Positions 26,501 through 40,426 of a stretch of DNA of 64,000 nt are shown piece after piece. The stretch comes from Octopus sinensis (taxonomy: Eukaryota), in the NCBI RefSeq assembly GCF_006345805.1, contig NC_042997.1, forward strand, positions 165,788,001 through 165,852,000, in the 5' to 3' direction. Each line of letters starts with the position of its first letter. Positions within the stretch are counted from its first letter, which is position 1. A model generated the notes under the pieces. That model ran no database searches. It saw only the letters and a list, made by a program, of their open reading frames with translations, and was not told where the DNA came from. Both the position numbers and the translations under genes were made by a program.

Positions 26501-29500
26501 TGTTACAATTTGACACCACCATTGCTACATTGTTAGGGGTTGCCAGAATGAGATTGTAGACAACAGCAAACTGCTTCAGGTGCTCCAACTCCTGATTTTC
26601 CCTCAGGTTTACAGGTATGGCTTTAAGGCAGCAAAAGTTTGGAATTAGTGTTTCCTTTCTCTAGATGGATTGTCCTCCCACCTCCTCAGGCTAATCTGTC
26701 TGACTGATTTGCTAATCAACTCAAACCTGGGACCTCGACAAGTTACTACTCCAAGTCAGAATAGTCCTGGAAATAATAGTGGCTAAGAGGTGATTCCACA
26801 CTCCTCAAAACCCTGGAACTCTTGAATCAAGAACACACTAGTGGATATAGTTTATAGTCATACCAAGAACAATGCTCACCATATATATATATATATATAC
26901 ATATATATATAGTGCTCAGCATATCTATAGCGCTCACCATATATCAATATCATTACAGATATAGGGTAAAGAATTATTAATTTAATTAATAAATTTTACC
27001 AAGTAGTTTCGGTATGGAAAAGAACCATATTCGGTAAAAACTTAAGTTTTTTTTTTATATATAATTATAACTATAATTAAGGGTTTAGCAACAAGTTGCA
27101 ACAAGTGGCTGCTATTTCTAAATTTTCGGTATGTGGTTTGTTGCTAAACCCTTAATTATAGTTATAATTATATATATAGTATAGCCCGGCGTTGCTTGGG
27201 ATTGTTTTCTTTTCAACCCTTTAGAATTGGAATTTTTGAAAAGTAAAAATTTTGCATTATGTAGCTTGTTATTCTCTTTATGTGAACATTTTTCTGGTTG
27301 AAATACACTGAAAAATGGCGACACAGCAGTCAAAAAATCGTAAAAAATATGGATTTTCATAGAAAAAAAAAGCACCTTTTTGATGTAAATAATTTTTGGT
27401 CTTAACATGATCCAATTTGAATTTTTTTTCTATGGAATGAAGAGCAAGCCTTCTTCTATCATACTCTCAATTTTGGTCAACTTGCACTGCAGGGTCTCAG
27501 AGGAGATAGTGTTTGTTGAAGGCTACCAAACCTGCCACACACAGACAACTTCAGCTTTATATATAAAGATATATATATATATAGTAAATAGATATTTTTT
27601 ATTAAAAATTTGTTCACGAAGACATGTATTTTAGCATAATTGGTAGCTCAAATGAAGAAAAAAATCAGGATCCAATTTAAATATGTTGGAAGGCAATTGT
27701 TAACAGGATAAAGAATTTGAAGAATCAATAAACACTGAAAATGCGCAGAGACCAAATTCCGCCACATTCCAGGGAGAAAAACTAGAAATAGTTGATAGCT
27801 TCCGTTACCTAGGTGACCAAGTCAGCAGCGGGGGCGGGTGTGTTGAAAGTGTAACTGCTAGAGTAAGAATAGCCTGGGCAAAGTACAGAGAGCTCTTACC
27901 TCTGCTAGAGACAAAAGGCCTCTCGCTCAGAGTAAAAGGCAGACTGTATGACGTATGTGTATGAACAGCCATGCTACATGGCAGTGAAACATGGGCCATG
28001 ACTGCTGAAGATATGCGTAAGCTCGCAAGAAATGAAGCTAGTATGCTCCGATCGATGTGTAATGTCAGTGTTCATACTTGACAGAGTGTAAGTACCTTGA
28101 GAGAAAAGTTGGACCTAAGAAGCATCAGTTGTGGTGTGCAAGAGAGACATTTGCGCTGGTATGGTCATGTGGCGAGAATGGATGAAGATAGTTGTGTGAA
28201 AAAGTGCCACACCCTAGCGGTTGAGGGAACCTGTGGAAGAGGTAGACCCAGGAAAACCTGGGACGAGGTGGTGAAGCACGACCTTTGAACTTTAGGTCTC
28301 ACCGAGGAAATGACTAGAGACCGAGACCTTTGGAAGTATGCTGTGCGTAAGAAGACCCGGCAGGACAAGTGAGGCCATAATCCGTGGCCTCAGTTCACTT
28401 TATGCATACCTTTCCTTTTTGGGACACAAAACTCTACTTGTGAAGACCTGTTGAGGCAAGTGAAAAACAAACAAAATCAAAATCAAAATCGATCAACATC
28501 AATGGAAATCGTAGCTGTGATACCAGTGCTGGTGGCACATAAGAGAACCATCCAAACGTGGCCATTGCCAGTGCCGCCCCGACTGCCTCCATGCCAGTGG
28601 CACATAAAAAGCATCATCCAATCGTGGCTGTTGCCAGCCTTGCCTGGCCTCCATGCCGGTGGCACGTAAAAAGCACCATCCAATCATGGCCGTTGCCAGC
28701 CTCACCTGGCCTCCATGCCGGTGGCACGTAAAAAGCACCCACTACACTCATGGAGTGGTTAGCGTTAGGAAGGGCATCCAGCTGTAGAAACATTGCCAGA
28801 TCAGACTGGGCCTGGTGCAGCCTTCTGGCTTCCCAGACCCCAGTTGAACCGTCCAACCCATGCCAGCATGGAAAGCGGACGCTAATCGATGATGATGATG
28901 AATTCAGTTACAAGAAAAACAATGGAGTATGCTAAGAGAAGAAACATCTAATATTCTGTGTAAGGCTGTTCAAATATTTTCCTAGATATATCTGTTGTTT
29001 AAAGTGAGGTTTTGTCTAAAGCAATGACCAAAGAAATAAAAGACAATTATTATTATTTGGGACTTGTTTTTTTTTTACTTTTCAAGAACAGGGTAATGGC
29101 AACAGAAAATATGAAGTTTGACAAAAGTGTTCAATGTGAACAAGAATTGTTGCAGGAATACTTTGAAGGGGATTTAGAACTGCAAGAATTGAGTCGACTT
29201 GCAATCATGAAGGTAACTAAACACTTGTATTTATATATTTCTTCATTATTCTACCATTTACTTGATATTTAGTTGATTGGCACCTGCCATGTCTTTTTCA
29301 TGATCTAACAGAGAAAAACAAATCAAATAATTTCCTTGATCCTATTAGACCTTTATGGTTTCTGACACTAATTTCTGTCTCTGTTTAAGTAAGGTTCACC
29401 ATTAAGCCATTTCACTGCAAAAACCACCAACCGATCATGGCCATTGCCAGCCTCCCCTGGCACCTGTGCCGGTGGCACGTGAAAAGCACCCACTACACTC

Positions 29501-29657
29501 ACAGAGTGGTTGGTGTTAGGAAGGGCATCCAGCTGTAGAAACACTGCTAGATCAGACTGGGAACCTGGTGCAGCCTCCTGGCTTCCCAGACCCCGGTCAA
29601 ACTGTCCAACCCTTGCTAGCATGGAAAACGGACATTAAACGATGATGATGATGATGG

Positions 29658-29749
<92 letters not shown>

Positions 29750-29892
29750 GTTATTATTATTATTATTATTATTCAGTAGTTTTATTTTTATAGCATGCTT
29801 TCACTCCACTACCGAGCGCAGCTCTGTGTGCCTTGGGTATGTGCTGTGATTTGTTGTGATGCTTTGATGGTTATTATTATTATTATTATTAC

Positions 29893-29929
<37 letters not shown>

Positions 29930-30132
29930 TATTATTATTATTATTATTCTAAAGTGGATATGCCTACAGAACCCAAGATATAGAATGTAGAAAAGAAGAC
30001 CAGAATTAAACACTTGGTGAACATCCATGTAGACACTAATTGCTTTATTATGCTTATTACTAATCTTGTCATTAGACTGAGGTTTCAACAAAGGAGCTGT
30101 GTGGGTTGATACCCACTGGATTCTATTTCCCC

Positions 30133-30163
<31 letters not shown>

Positions 30164-31525
30164 CCCACAAACATTTATTTAAAACATTTAATCTTACTTT
30201 ATCCATTTCTATAAAGAAATAAAATCTAAAATTAATTGTTGATTTTGAAATTCTTATGACTCACTTGCTGCACAGATTTACGTGAACCCTGGCAATACTT
30301 TTCTAGTTACTCTTTCTTGTTTTGTGGAGCTTGCTGATGCCTGCAATCTTCCAGAACATTTCTTGATGGCATTCTGAACAGTTCCATCTGCTTCAAACTT
30401 AGCTCTAATTCAAGAAAGTCATATAGATGGATCTGTTTGAAACTACCCCCTAAACAGTCTTTGCACTTTGTTTTCAAACTTCCAGTAGCACTTTAGGATA
30501 AATTGTCTTTGTCCAAAGCTTGTCTTATTCCATTCATTATTTCTAATAGGTTATAGCTGAATAAAAATGGAAATTGTCATTAGCTGTTAAAGTGTATATT
30601 GTAGAGTTCTATATTCTTGATTGCTACTAGAAAAGCTCGGTTGCGAGATGATGCTTTGGTGAAACATCATGAAGTGGAAGCTACGGTTCTTTGGCCACAT
30701 CATGCGTCGGGATGGACTTGAGTGAACGATCATGACTGGCAAGGTGAATGGCAGATGTAAAAGAGGCAGAACACCCACTTCTTGGCTGAAAGACATCACA
30801 ACCACAGGATTTGTCTTTATTCTCAGCTGTCCATGGGGCAGAGGACAGGAGAAGGTGGCAAGACATCATGATGATTACAGCATTGCCTAGTGTGACACCT
30901 GACTAGGCTGATGATGAGTATATTCTTAATTGTGATATATAACCAGTCAGAAAGTTATCATTGCTTGTGTCTACTGTTGCACTTGACATTACTGACAACT
31001 CATCAAGCATGCTGATATTTTGTGTTTTTTCACCACCATGCTGACCAAGACTGTATATTTACCTCCAGTATATTTACCTAAGGCGGCGAGCTGGCAGAAA
31101 CGTTAGCATGCCGGGCGAAATGCGTAGCCATATTTCGTCTGCCGTTACATTCTGAGTTCAAATTCCACCGAGGTCGACTTTGCCTTTCATCCTTTCGGGG
31201 TCGATAAATTAAGTACCAGTTGCGCACTGGGGTCGATGGAATCGACTTGATCTATTTGTCTGTCCTTGTTTGTCCTCTCTGTGTTCAGCCCCTTACGGGT
31301 AGTAAAGAAATATGTATATTTACCTCCAGCATTGAAGATGCTATGTACTTCCAGCCAGCATGTCCAGTCAGTTGTCTGCATTGCTAAGTGCAATAGTAAA
31401 TATAAACATATGGTAATTTTCTGACTGGTTATATGTCACAACTAGGAATATGCTACTCAGTAATATAACTGCTCCAACTCTCCTTTAGAGTGTTCTTTTT
31501 TCTCACTTATGGACAATTGACTGAT

Positions 31526-31577
<52 letters not shown>

Positions 31578-31849
31578 GCATGTATGCTGTATGTATATAT
31601 ACTTTTAAATTATTGTTTCAGAATGTTATGTATTTCTACATATTTTCTAGACTGTTGAGCGGGACAAAAAAGCCCGAGATAAAAATCGGGCTGACAACCG
31701 ACATCGATGTATAAAGGAGGAATTAAAAGCAAAATATGGTCTTATTGATGATCATAAGAAGAAGCTGAGAGAAAAAAAGAAAAGGTACAGAACCATTTCA
31801 ACCCTGTGTGAATATATATGTGTCTATGTAAAAGGAGTGGGGTATGTGA

Positions 31850-31900
<51 letters not shown>

Positions 31901-34900
31901 CGTGCGTGTGTGTGTGTGTGTGTGTGTGCGCGCAATGGAAATGGAATGGTTCATCTTTGTTTGCTTAGTATTTGGGTTTATTTTTTGATTTGGTTGAATC
32001 TTGGTTTTTTATTTTTTTGTTGGTCAAATATTTTTAGTGTTTTGACAGAAAAAAGTCATTCTAAAATTGTTTTTTAATGTAAGTGTGCCTAAACAAGTCA
32101 AATACTTACACAGAGCAGGTTTTACAGCCACATCATCCAAAATACCAGGTGAAACTGGGCTTAGCTGCTAGTATATATATATATATATATGAGCGTTGTA
32201 GTTCTCTTGAAGCAATGTAGCAATAGGCGCAGGAGTGGCTGTGTGGTAAGTAGCTTGTTTACCAACCACATGGTTCCGGGTTCAGTCCCACTGCGTGGCA
32301 CCTTGGGCAAGTGTCTTCTACTATAGCCTCGGGCCGACCAAAGCCTTGTGAGTGGATTTGGTAGACGGAAACTGAAAGAAGCCCGTCGTATATATGTATA
32401 TATATATGTGTGTGTGTGTGTTTGTGTGTCTGTGTTTGTCCCCCTGGCATTGCTTGACAACCGATGCTGGTGTGTTTGCGTCCTTGTTACTTAGCGGTTC
32501 GGCAAAAGAGACCGATAGAATAAGTACTGGGCTTACAAAAAAAATAAGTCCCGGGGTCGAGTTGCTCGATTAAAGGCGGTGCTCCAGCATGGCCGCAGTC
32601 AAATGACTGAAACAAGTAAAAGAGTAAAAGAGAAAGAGAGTAAGTAGAAAGGGAGTAGAAGAAAGCAGTCAAAGAAATGTTTAGTATATCAATATACTCA
32701 TGTATAAAAAGAATAAAGTTAACTAGGCAAGCCAATGTGGTTGCTTGACCTCTTAGAAATAGCATCTACATCTCCCTCAAATTACACTGTACTTTCTTAA
32801 GAAAGCAGATAACATTGGATTATGTAGCCCTAGATATATTGTGTCTGATTGAAAGATGGTTATATGGTCATGACCAGTGCTGCCCAACGTCTGGCCCACA
32901 AAGCCTTAGAATTCGGCCTGCTAGTCCGTCTTCAATTTATAGGTATCTGCAAAACAAATTACAAAAGATGTATTCATAGATCACAAAAAATCACATTAAA
33001 GTATCCTCTTTATTTCAGTCATGACTCATGACTGAAATCTGATTGTTGGTCTGCTTGATCAGAGCTGAGCTGTGATTAAACAGCAGTAACCACAACAGTA
33101 TATTTACCCAAACAAAATAATCCTTTCTTCTTCTACATCTTCATTTTCTTTCCTTTCCTTTTCTTTTCTTTTCTATCCACACTTTCTTAAGTTTCTTCCC
33201 ACCATTCATATTTTTCTTGCTTGTTGTAGACTAAAGGTTTTTGCCCAGAAATATGAAAGCATGAAAACTGACCGGAACAAGTATGTATCCCTCATCCAGA
33301 GTAGTACACAAAAGACCAGCGAACTGAGGCAGAAGATAAAAATCATACAGAATGAAATGGAGATCCTCCGAACAGCAGTTGTACTGAAAGACAAGTGAGT
33401 AGGAAACAGTTAATTTATGTGGCAGAGTTATTTAGATGATTTACTAGCTTCTAAGTTACTTATCTTCTATTATCTTTTTTTTATCCAGATTTCAGTGTTT
33501 GGAGAAGGTCATACTGATACACATTCTTTACAGTTTATTTTTGTTGTTGATTATATGATCCCTTCTATTTTGTATGGCACTTAGTAGCAGTTTTCTAATG
33601 GGAGATAACTTATTCAGACTTGGATACCACTGGATATATCTGTTCAAGCAGTTTGGTTCTCACTCACTTCACACTGATACAAGCATATACAAGAATTCTC
33701 TGCGTGTAATTCACAATAAAAATGCATCTAATACATTTTGTAACAAGGTTGGTGAATGAACTGAGACAACACAGGGTAGAGAGTTTTACTGGACACAAGA
33801 CAGCCTCAATTATATTAATGCTATATGCATACAATACACTCTCTGTAAAGGCTGGTAATTGGAAGGGCACCTAGCCACGGAAACTTGATAAAAAATAGAA
33901 TGTAAGAAGGAAAGATGGTTCTGTCTAGGAGAGCAGAAACTCCAAATAAGAGCTGACTCACACTGTGTCCATCTCTCCAACCCATTCTAGAATAGAAAAT
34001 GGGATATGTTAGTTAGTTAGTTAATTTGGCTCAAAAGCAAATAGCAAGGCCATGTAGGGGGACATGGAGTTAAGTACAGGGTGGTGTTCATGTAAAGAGT
34101 TCAGGCCACTTGAGGTCAAGGGAGGCTTTGAACAAAGCGGTCGTCGGCATCTTCACCATCTCGTCTGGCAGCTTGTTCCACGGAATCGCAACCCGGACGG
34201 AGAAAGCTCCTCTCCTTCGATTGAGATGAAATCGTCGCAGGTAGAGCTTTTCGGAATGACCCCGCAGCCGACGCTCTGGAGCAGGAGTGAAGAACAGCTC
34301 TTTCGAGAGGTTACACTTTCCGCTTATGATGTTGTGGGCGAGAATGAGATCACCACGGCGGCGGCGTTTTTCAAGAGAATAAAGGTTGAGCGTCCTCAGC
34401 CTTTCTTCGTAGGACAAATTTTTGAGACCATGAACCATGCGGGTAGCCAGCTTCTGGACTCTTTCGAGATGCTGTATGTCTTTGAGGAGATAAGGAGAAG
34501 AGGCTTGAATCCCATACTCCAATATGGGTCTCACCAGCGTGACATAGAGTGGTAGGAATATGGCTGCTGTGAGCATTCCGAATGACCGTCGAATCAAGAA
34601 CAGAATTCCGCGTGCTTTGTTGGCAGCATGGACGCACTGGGCCGAAGGCGAAAAGGAGGAATCCACCAAGATACCTAGGTCCTTTACCTGATCGGTCCTC
34701 TCCAGCAGCAGACGACCCAGCTCGAAATCAAGTTGAGTTGCAGGAGTAGAGCCGACAGGCAGATGACAGCACTTTGACACGTTCAGACACAGGTCCCAAT
34801 TGTTAGACCACTTCCAAATTTGGTGAAGGCATCGACGAAGATCCTCTATATTACCGCGAGGAGCGACCAGTTTGATATCGTCGGCAAATAGAAGGGTGTG

Positions 34901-37900
34901 TTGCGTGAGGTCGTCGGGCAAGTCATTTATGAAGACTAAGAACAACAAGGGCCCAAGCACTGAACCTTGAGGCACGCCACTGCTCGCACTGGAGACGTCG
35001 GACCGCGAACCATTAACTTGGACTTGGAAGGAGCGATCTGAGAGGAAGGCACCAACCCATCGTACAATATCCGGATGGAAACTATATGCTTGAAGCTTGA
35101 CAAGCAATAGGCGGTGGTTTACCGAGTCAAAAGCTTTGGCAAAGTCCAGTAAAACGATGTCAACAGCATCACTATCATCGAGGATGCGCGTCACCAATTC
35201 TTCCATTACTAGTAGGTTGGTCAAGCATGATCTCTTTGGCACGAAGCCGTGTTGGGAATCAGAGATAGAGGCTGTGTTTAGGAGGTGGAGCATCATACTT
35301 TTCTTAAGGATGGTTTCGAACATCTTGCTGATAATTGATGTAAGGGAAACCGGTCGGTAGTTAAGCGGGTCTTCGCGGCTCCCTTTCTTGAAAATTGGGC
35401 AGATTATCGCTGTTCTCCAGTCTGCAGGTATAACACCCGTCGCCAATGACATATTGAATAGTCGTGTTAAGGGCTCACAGATGACCGGAGCCAACGCTTT
35501 GATAACCCGTGGGTGTATGCCGTCAGGGCCGTGACCTTTGTTGACATCGAGGCCTTGAATAACACGTTTGACTTCGTCCCGCGTGATGACCAATCGAAGC
35601 ATTGGAGGTACCGATCTATCAAATGGAGGGGGTTCACGACCATCATCTTGTTTGAAAATAGTTGAAAAAGCCTCGGCAAATAATTGACTCTGTTGATAAG
35701 GGTCCTCAATCGATACGCCTGTTGAGTCTACCAACGTTGCAATCTGGTTGTTCAAGCGGGAATTCCGCTGGACATGGGCAAAGAAGGTTTTTGGATTGCT
35801 ACTGGCATTTGCCGCGATTTTGTATTCGTAACTGAAGCGTTCTTTCTTTTCAATTTTCACGGCTCGGTCTCGTTGAGTTTTGTACACCTCAAAAGCTGCA
35901 GTCGAATCCAGATTTTTTAATTCAGCCCAAGCAATATCTCTGAGTCGACGTTCTCGTTTAACCCTTTCGTCACCCAGGGCTTGTGTTTCTTCCTCTTGGG
36001 AAGCCCAACGGGAACTGCCTGGTCAGTCAAACAGATTACATATGCTTTGAGGGATGACCATAGTTCGTCAACTGAGGACAACGTCATCAGGGATCGCCAG
36101 TTCAGAAGCGCGGAAGCCTCGGTTAGAATTTCAAGATTAATTGCAGAGAAGACTCTACGTGGCAGCGAAGTAGTCGTGGGTGTAGAAAAAGTTGTGTGCA
36201 TGACGAACTTCAGGACCGCATGATCACTCTTGGCAAGAGGGGCGTACACAGATATGTCTGACACTGATCTTGGATAGCGGGAGAATACCAGATCTAGCAT
36301 AGATGGCTGCTGCCCAGATGGATGCCTTGTCGGATATTCAACATGTTGCGATAGAAAACAATCTTCAGCCACGTCAAGAAGGGCCTGGCCGAACCGGGAA
36401 GATGTTGTACAAATTGATGCGGGCCAATCGATTGTGGGAGCGTTGAAGTCTCCTAGTACCAAACAGTCATGCGAAACTGAGACGAATCTTATCGCTTCGA
36501 GTAGATGGGCATCGTCCTGGGGGTCAGCAAGAGGCGGCCTGTAGACAGCCAGCACGGGCAGGCAAAACTCAGATAGGCTCAGCTTGCAATAGACGGCATC
36601 GAATTTTGTTGTAGGCTGAGCATTAGTGGGTAGAATACCGCTGGACGGTTTGTGCTCAGACTTAACATACACAGCAACACCTCCACCTCGCCTTTTTCCT
36701 CTGTCACATCTGAAAAGGACGTAGCCCTGCAGGTGGATTTCTGAGTCCTTTACTGCTGGAGTCAGCCAAGTCTCGGTGATAGCTATCACATCAGGGGAGT
36801 CACGTATGGCCAGTGTAAATAGTTCACTGAACTTTGGGAATAAGGAGCACGAGTTGGTGTAGACGATGCTGAGCTGTGAAGTCTGAGGGGCGGGAGTTGG
36901 GGAGCAAGCAGAATAAGGGGTATCAGAGCTAGCATCGTTGACGGGAGTATCAACTTCACTTCGATTTGCCCTCACATCACTTTCCCTGTCAGCACTACAG
37001 CATGGGACCAGAGGTAGGACTTGATTATCTGTCCATCTTGGATTCGTAAACCCTTCTCTCCCCTTTGTTTCCTCATCTTTAGTTCGGATATCAGGTTTCT
37101 CCGGCGAATTCTCTCTCTTAGTGAGTATTCCTCGCGAAAACCCATATTGGGGTCCTCCCAGGCATGCGTCTGAGCTCTGTTCAGAAAGACTGAAGCCTCC
37201 CGATCAGAAGAAAAGATTACCCTTATTGGGCGTGGTCTAGTATCTGCGGTTGGGTTCGCTTGGAATCTTCCTAGCCGAGCGACCTTAAGGACACTGACCT
37301 TTTCGTTCACGGAGAACAATTCTCCAACCAAAATGGAAACAAAATTAATGTCATCTTTTAGGCGGTTTATGCCTGTATCATGGGTGGATTCAGCTTTACC
37401 GTAAATTATTGCTGATCTTGAGTGGGCAAAATATAAAATAATAATGGTGGTGGTGGTGGTGGTGGTGATGAGGAGGAGACAAACTGAATTTTAAATTTAC
37501 TTCATAATATTTTGAAAAATTTTTTAGTTTAGACATATACAAATAGTTGAAGCATGAAGCCTTTCATTACATTGCCATTTCAACCAAACATTCCTCATAG
37601 CAAAAAAAAGACAGGTCTATTGACTAACTATTCTTATGTATAATCTATTGAGGGCCTACCATTTTTTTTTATAATCAACTGAAACTATACATGTAACGAA
37701 ATTACAAAAACAAAAATTAATGAAAGGACTTGTGAAGAAAGGTCAAGGGAAATAAATCAAATTACTTAATAGCTGAATGTGGATGTGTAGTGGGACATTA
37801 GCCTGATCTGTGATATGCCCAATGAAAATTCCAGGATTGTTAGTTTTATCAGGCCTCTTCTGCAAAGCTTAGTCTAACACATACTCACCAGATTTTAGAA

Positions 37901-40394
37901 TGAGTGAAACGATAAATATTTTGAGAAACATAAAATGTTATGGGAAAATTTTCTAGAGATGCCTTTTGCATTGAAAGCAATTAAGCATCACCATTGTTAT
38001 CGTTGTTTAACGTCTGTTTTCTGCACTGGCATGGGTTGGACCATTTGACAGGAGTTGACCAGATTCCAGAGGTCTGTTTTAGTATGGTTTCTGTGGCTGG
38101 ATGCCCTTCCTAATGCCAACCACTTTAAAGAATGTGTTAGGAGCCTTTTATGTGCCACTGGCACAGGTGCATTTATGCAGCACCTGTATGAGTGCATTTT
38201 ATGTGGCACCAGCACCTGTAAAGGACAAGCTTGTATTTATGGACGACAGTGATTTTACTTGGCTTGATGCATATTTTCAAGTACAACAAATCACCATAAC
38301 CCCCCAGTCCCTTGCCATTTCCTCAGTGAGGCTCGTTAAGTGGTTTTTAAGCATTTTCATTAATATTCATAAATTTGAGAGAATTTTGTGATAAGTAGTG
38401 TAATATGAATGATATGCATAAATTATTACACTTTACATGTGAGTATGGGTTCTGTGATTAAGAAGTTTGCTTCCCAAGCACATTGATTTGGGGTTCAATC
38501 TCACTGTATCACATCTTGGGCAAGTGTTTTCCACTATAACCCTAGACTAATCAAAACCTTATGAGTAAATTTGGTAGAAACTGAAAGAAGCCTGCCATGC
38601 ATGTGTGTGTGTGTGTGTGTGTTTGATTACATTTGCACTCTATGAAAGTCATAAGCTACATGTGATCATGGCCATTTGCCAGCCTCCTCTGGCCTCTGTG
38701 CCGGTGGCACATAAAAAAGCACCCACTACACTCACGGAGTGGTTGGTGTTAGGAAGGGTATCCAGCTGTAGAAACACTGCCAGATCAGACTGGAGCCTGG
38801 TGCAGCCTCCTGGCTTCCCAGACCCTGGTCGAACCGTCCAACCCATGCTAGCATGGAAAACAGACGTTAAATGATGATGATGATTGTGCCTTCAAAGTTG
38901 TGAGAAATAAGGGATGCCTTTCCTTGAAAAACAGGTAAGTGTTAGTGACAGAAAGAGCATCTGGTAGTAAAACAATACCTTAGTAATATATTCATACTAG
39001 CAGAATTGCCCGGCGTTGCTCGGGGCTGAATTGCTTGAAAGTACTGTTAATGATTGCACTGAATTATGATGATTATTCAGGCAAATATTGATATAAGTTT
39101 ACGGTGGGAGATAAGGACTTAACGATCAAACGTGTGCCATTGCATTGTTTTGGGGGAACCAAATATCTGATGAGCATTATAGGGGCACCAACTTTAAGTT
39201 TGAGAAAGTGTGGTGGTAGTCCGGGGTGCTCAAAGGAATTTATTCCCTTTATTTAAAAAATATGCATTAAAATGGAAAAAAATGATGGTAAATTATTTGT
39301 AAAATCGTAGACTCATCGTAGACGCGTGCTAATACCCAGAAGGGCTCGATATGAATCACGACTATAAGATACCCGGTTTTGGTTAAACTGCATCGCAAAA
39401 TGTGGGAGTAGTTAGGAATCTAAATCGGAGTAGACAGACACACAACCTTTCTTTTATATATAAAGATTTTCGTCCTAAAAAATTTTGTATGGATTGAATG
39501 GTTACCTCTATGGAAATATATACACGCACATTATACATACATGTGTGTATAGATGAATATATAAATACATTTAAATATCTATATACACTTTTGGGCGATC
39601 TTTCTTTTTCTTAGAGATAACTTTAGATCTTATTTTCGTCCTAAAAAACTTTGTATGGAGTGAATGGTTATCTCTATGGAAATATATACACACACGTTAT
39701 ACATACATGTGTGCATAGATGAATATATAAATACATTTATATATCTATATACACTTTTGGGCGATCTTTCTGCTACTTAGAGATAACTTTAGATCTTATT
39801 TTCGTCCTAAAAAACTTTGTGCGGAGTGAATGGTTACGTCTATGGAAATATATACACACACATTATACATACATCTGTGTATAGATGAATATATAAATAC
39901 ATTTAAATATCTATATACACTTTTGGGCGATCTTTCTGCCTCTTGGATATACTTTAGATCTTACATTCGTCCTAAAAAACTTTGTATGGAGTGAATGGTT
40001 ACGTCTATGGAAATATATACACACACATTATACATACATCTGTGTATAGATGAATATATAAATACATTTAAATATCTATATACACTTTTGGGCGATCTTT
40101 CTGCTACTTGGATATACTTTAGATCTTACATTCGTCCTAAAAAACTTTGTATGAATTGAAAAATAAAATGAATTGAAATTTTTAAGAAAGGAATTTGTTT
40201 ACATACATGTGTGAAATGGCAAATGTTTGTGCAGTTGTCCAAAATGGAACCAGGGTAAATGTGTGGAACTGATGTATAATAATGAATAGTCCTTCTTGTT
40301 GTGAGTATTAATTTGATGAATATGAACTGAAAACCAGTGGTGTAGTAAAAAGGATGACCAGTCTGACTGGCTCATCCCTGTCACACACTCACGC

Positions 40395-40426
<32 letters not shown>

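Larger units (their letters stand above)
34008..37432 (-). mobile_element. Young CR1/L2-group non-LTR retrotransposon, 5'-truncated within ORF1
   Basis: Partial ORF1, APE endonuclease plus RT ORF2, short 3'UTR and a (TAAC)n tail at 34008-34024. It is sharply more GC/CpG-rich than the flanks. Confidence 0.95.

Noticed and set aside
28490-29700. Inverted repeats flanking exon 10
   Set aside because: On inspection both RTE tails are in + orientation.
34064-36223. Plus-strand ORFs of 163, 87 and 80 aa within the LINE
   Set aside because: Antisense shadows of the GC-rich RT and endonuclease frames.
39466-40155. Regularly spaced repeats as a CRISPR array
   Set aside because: Whole 165-bp units are repeated with no unique spacers, the context is eukaryotic, and there are no cas genes.
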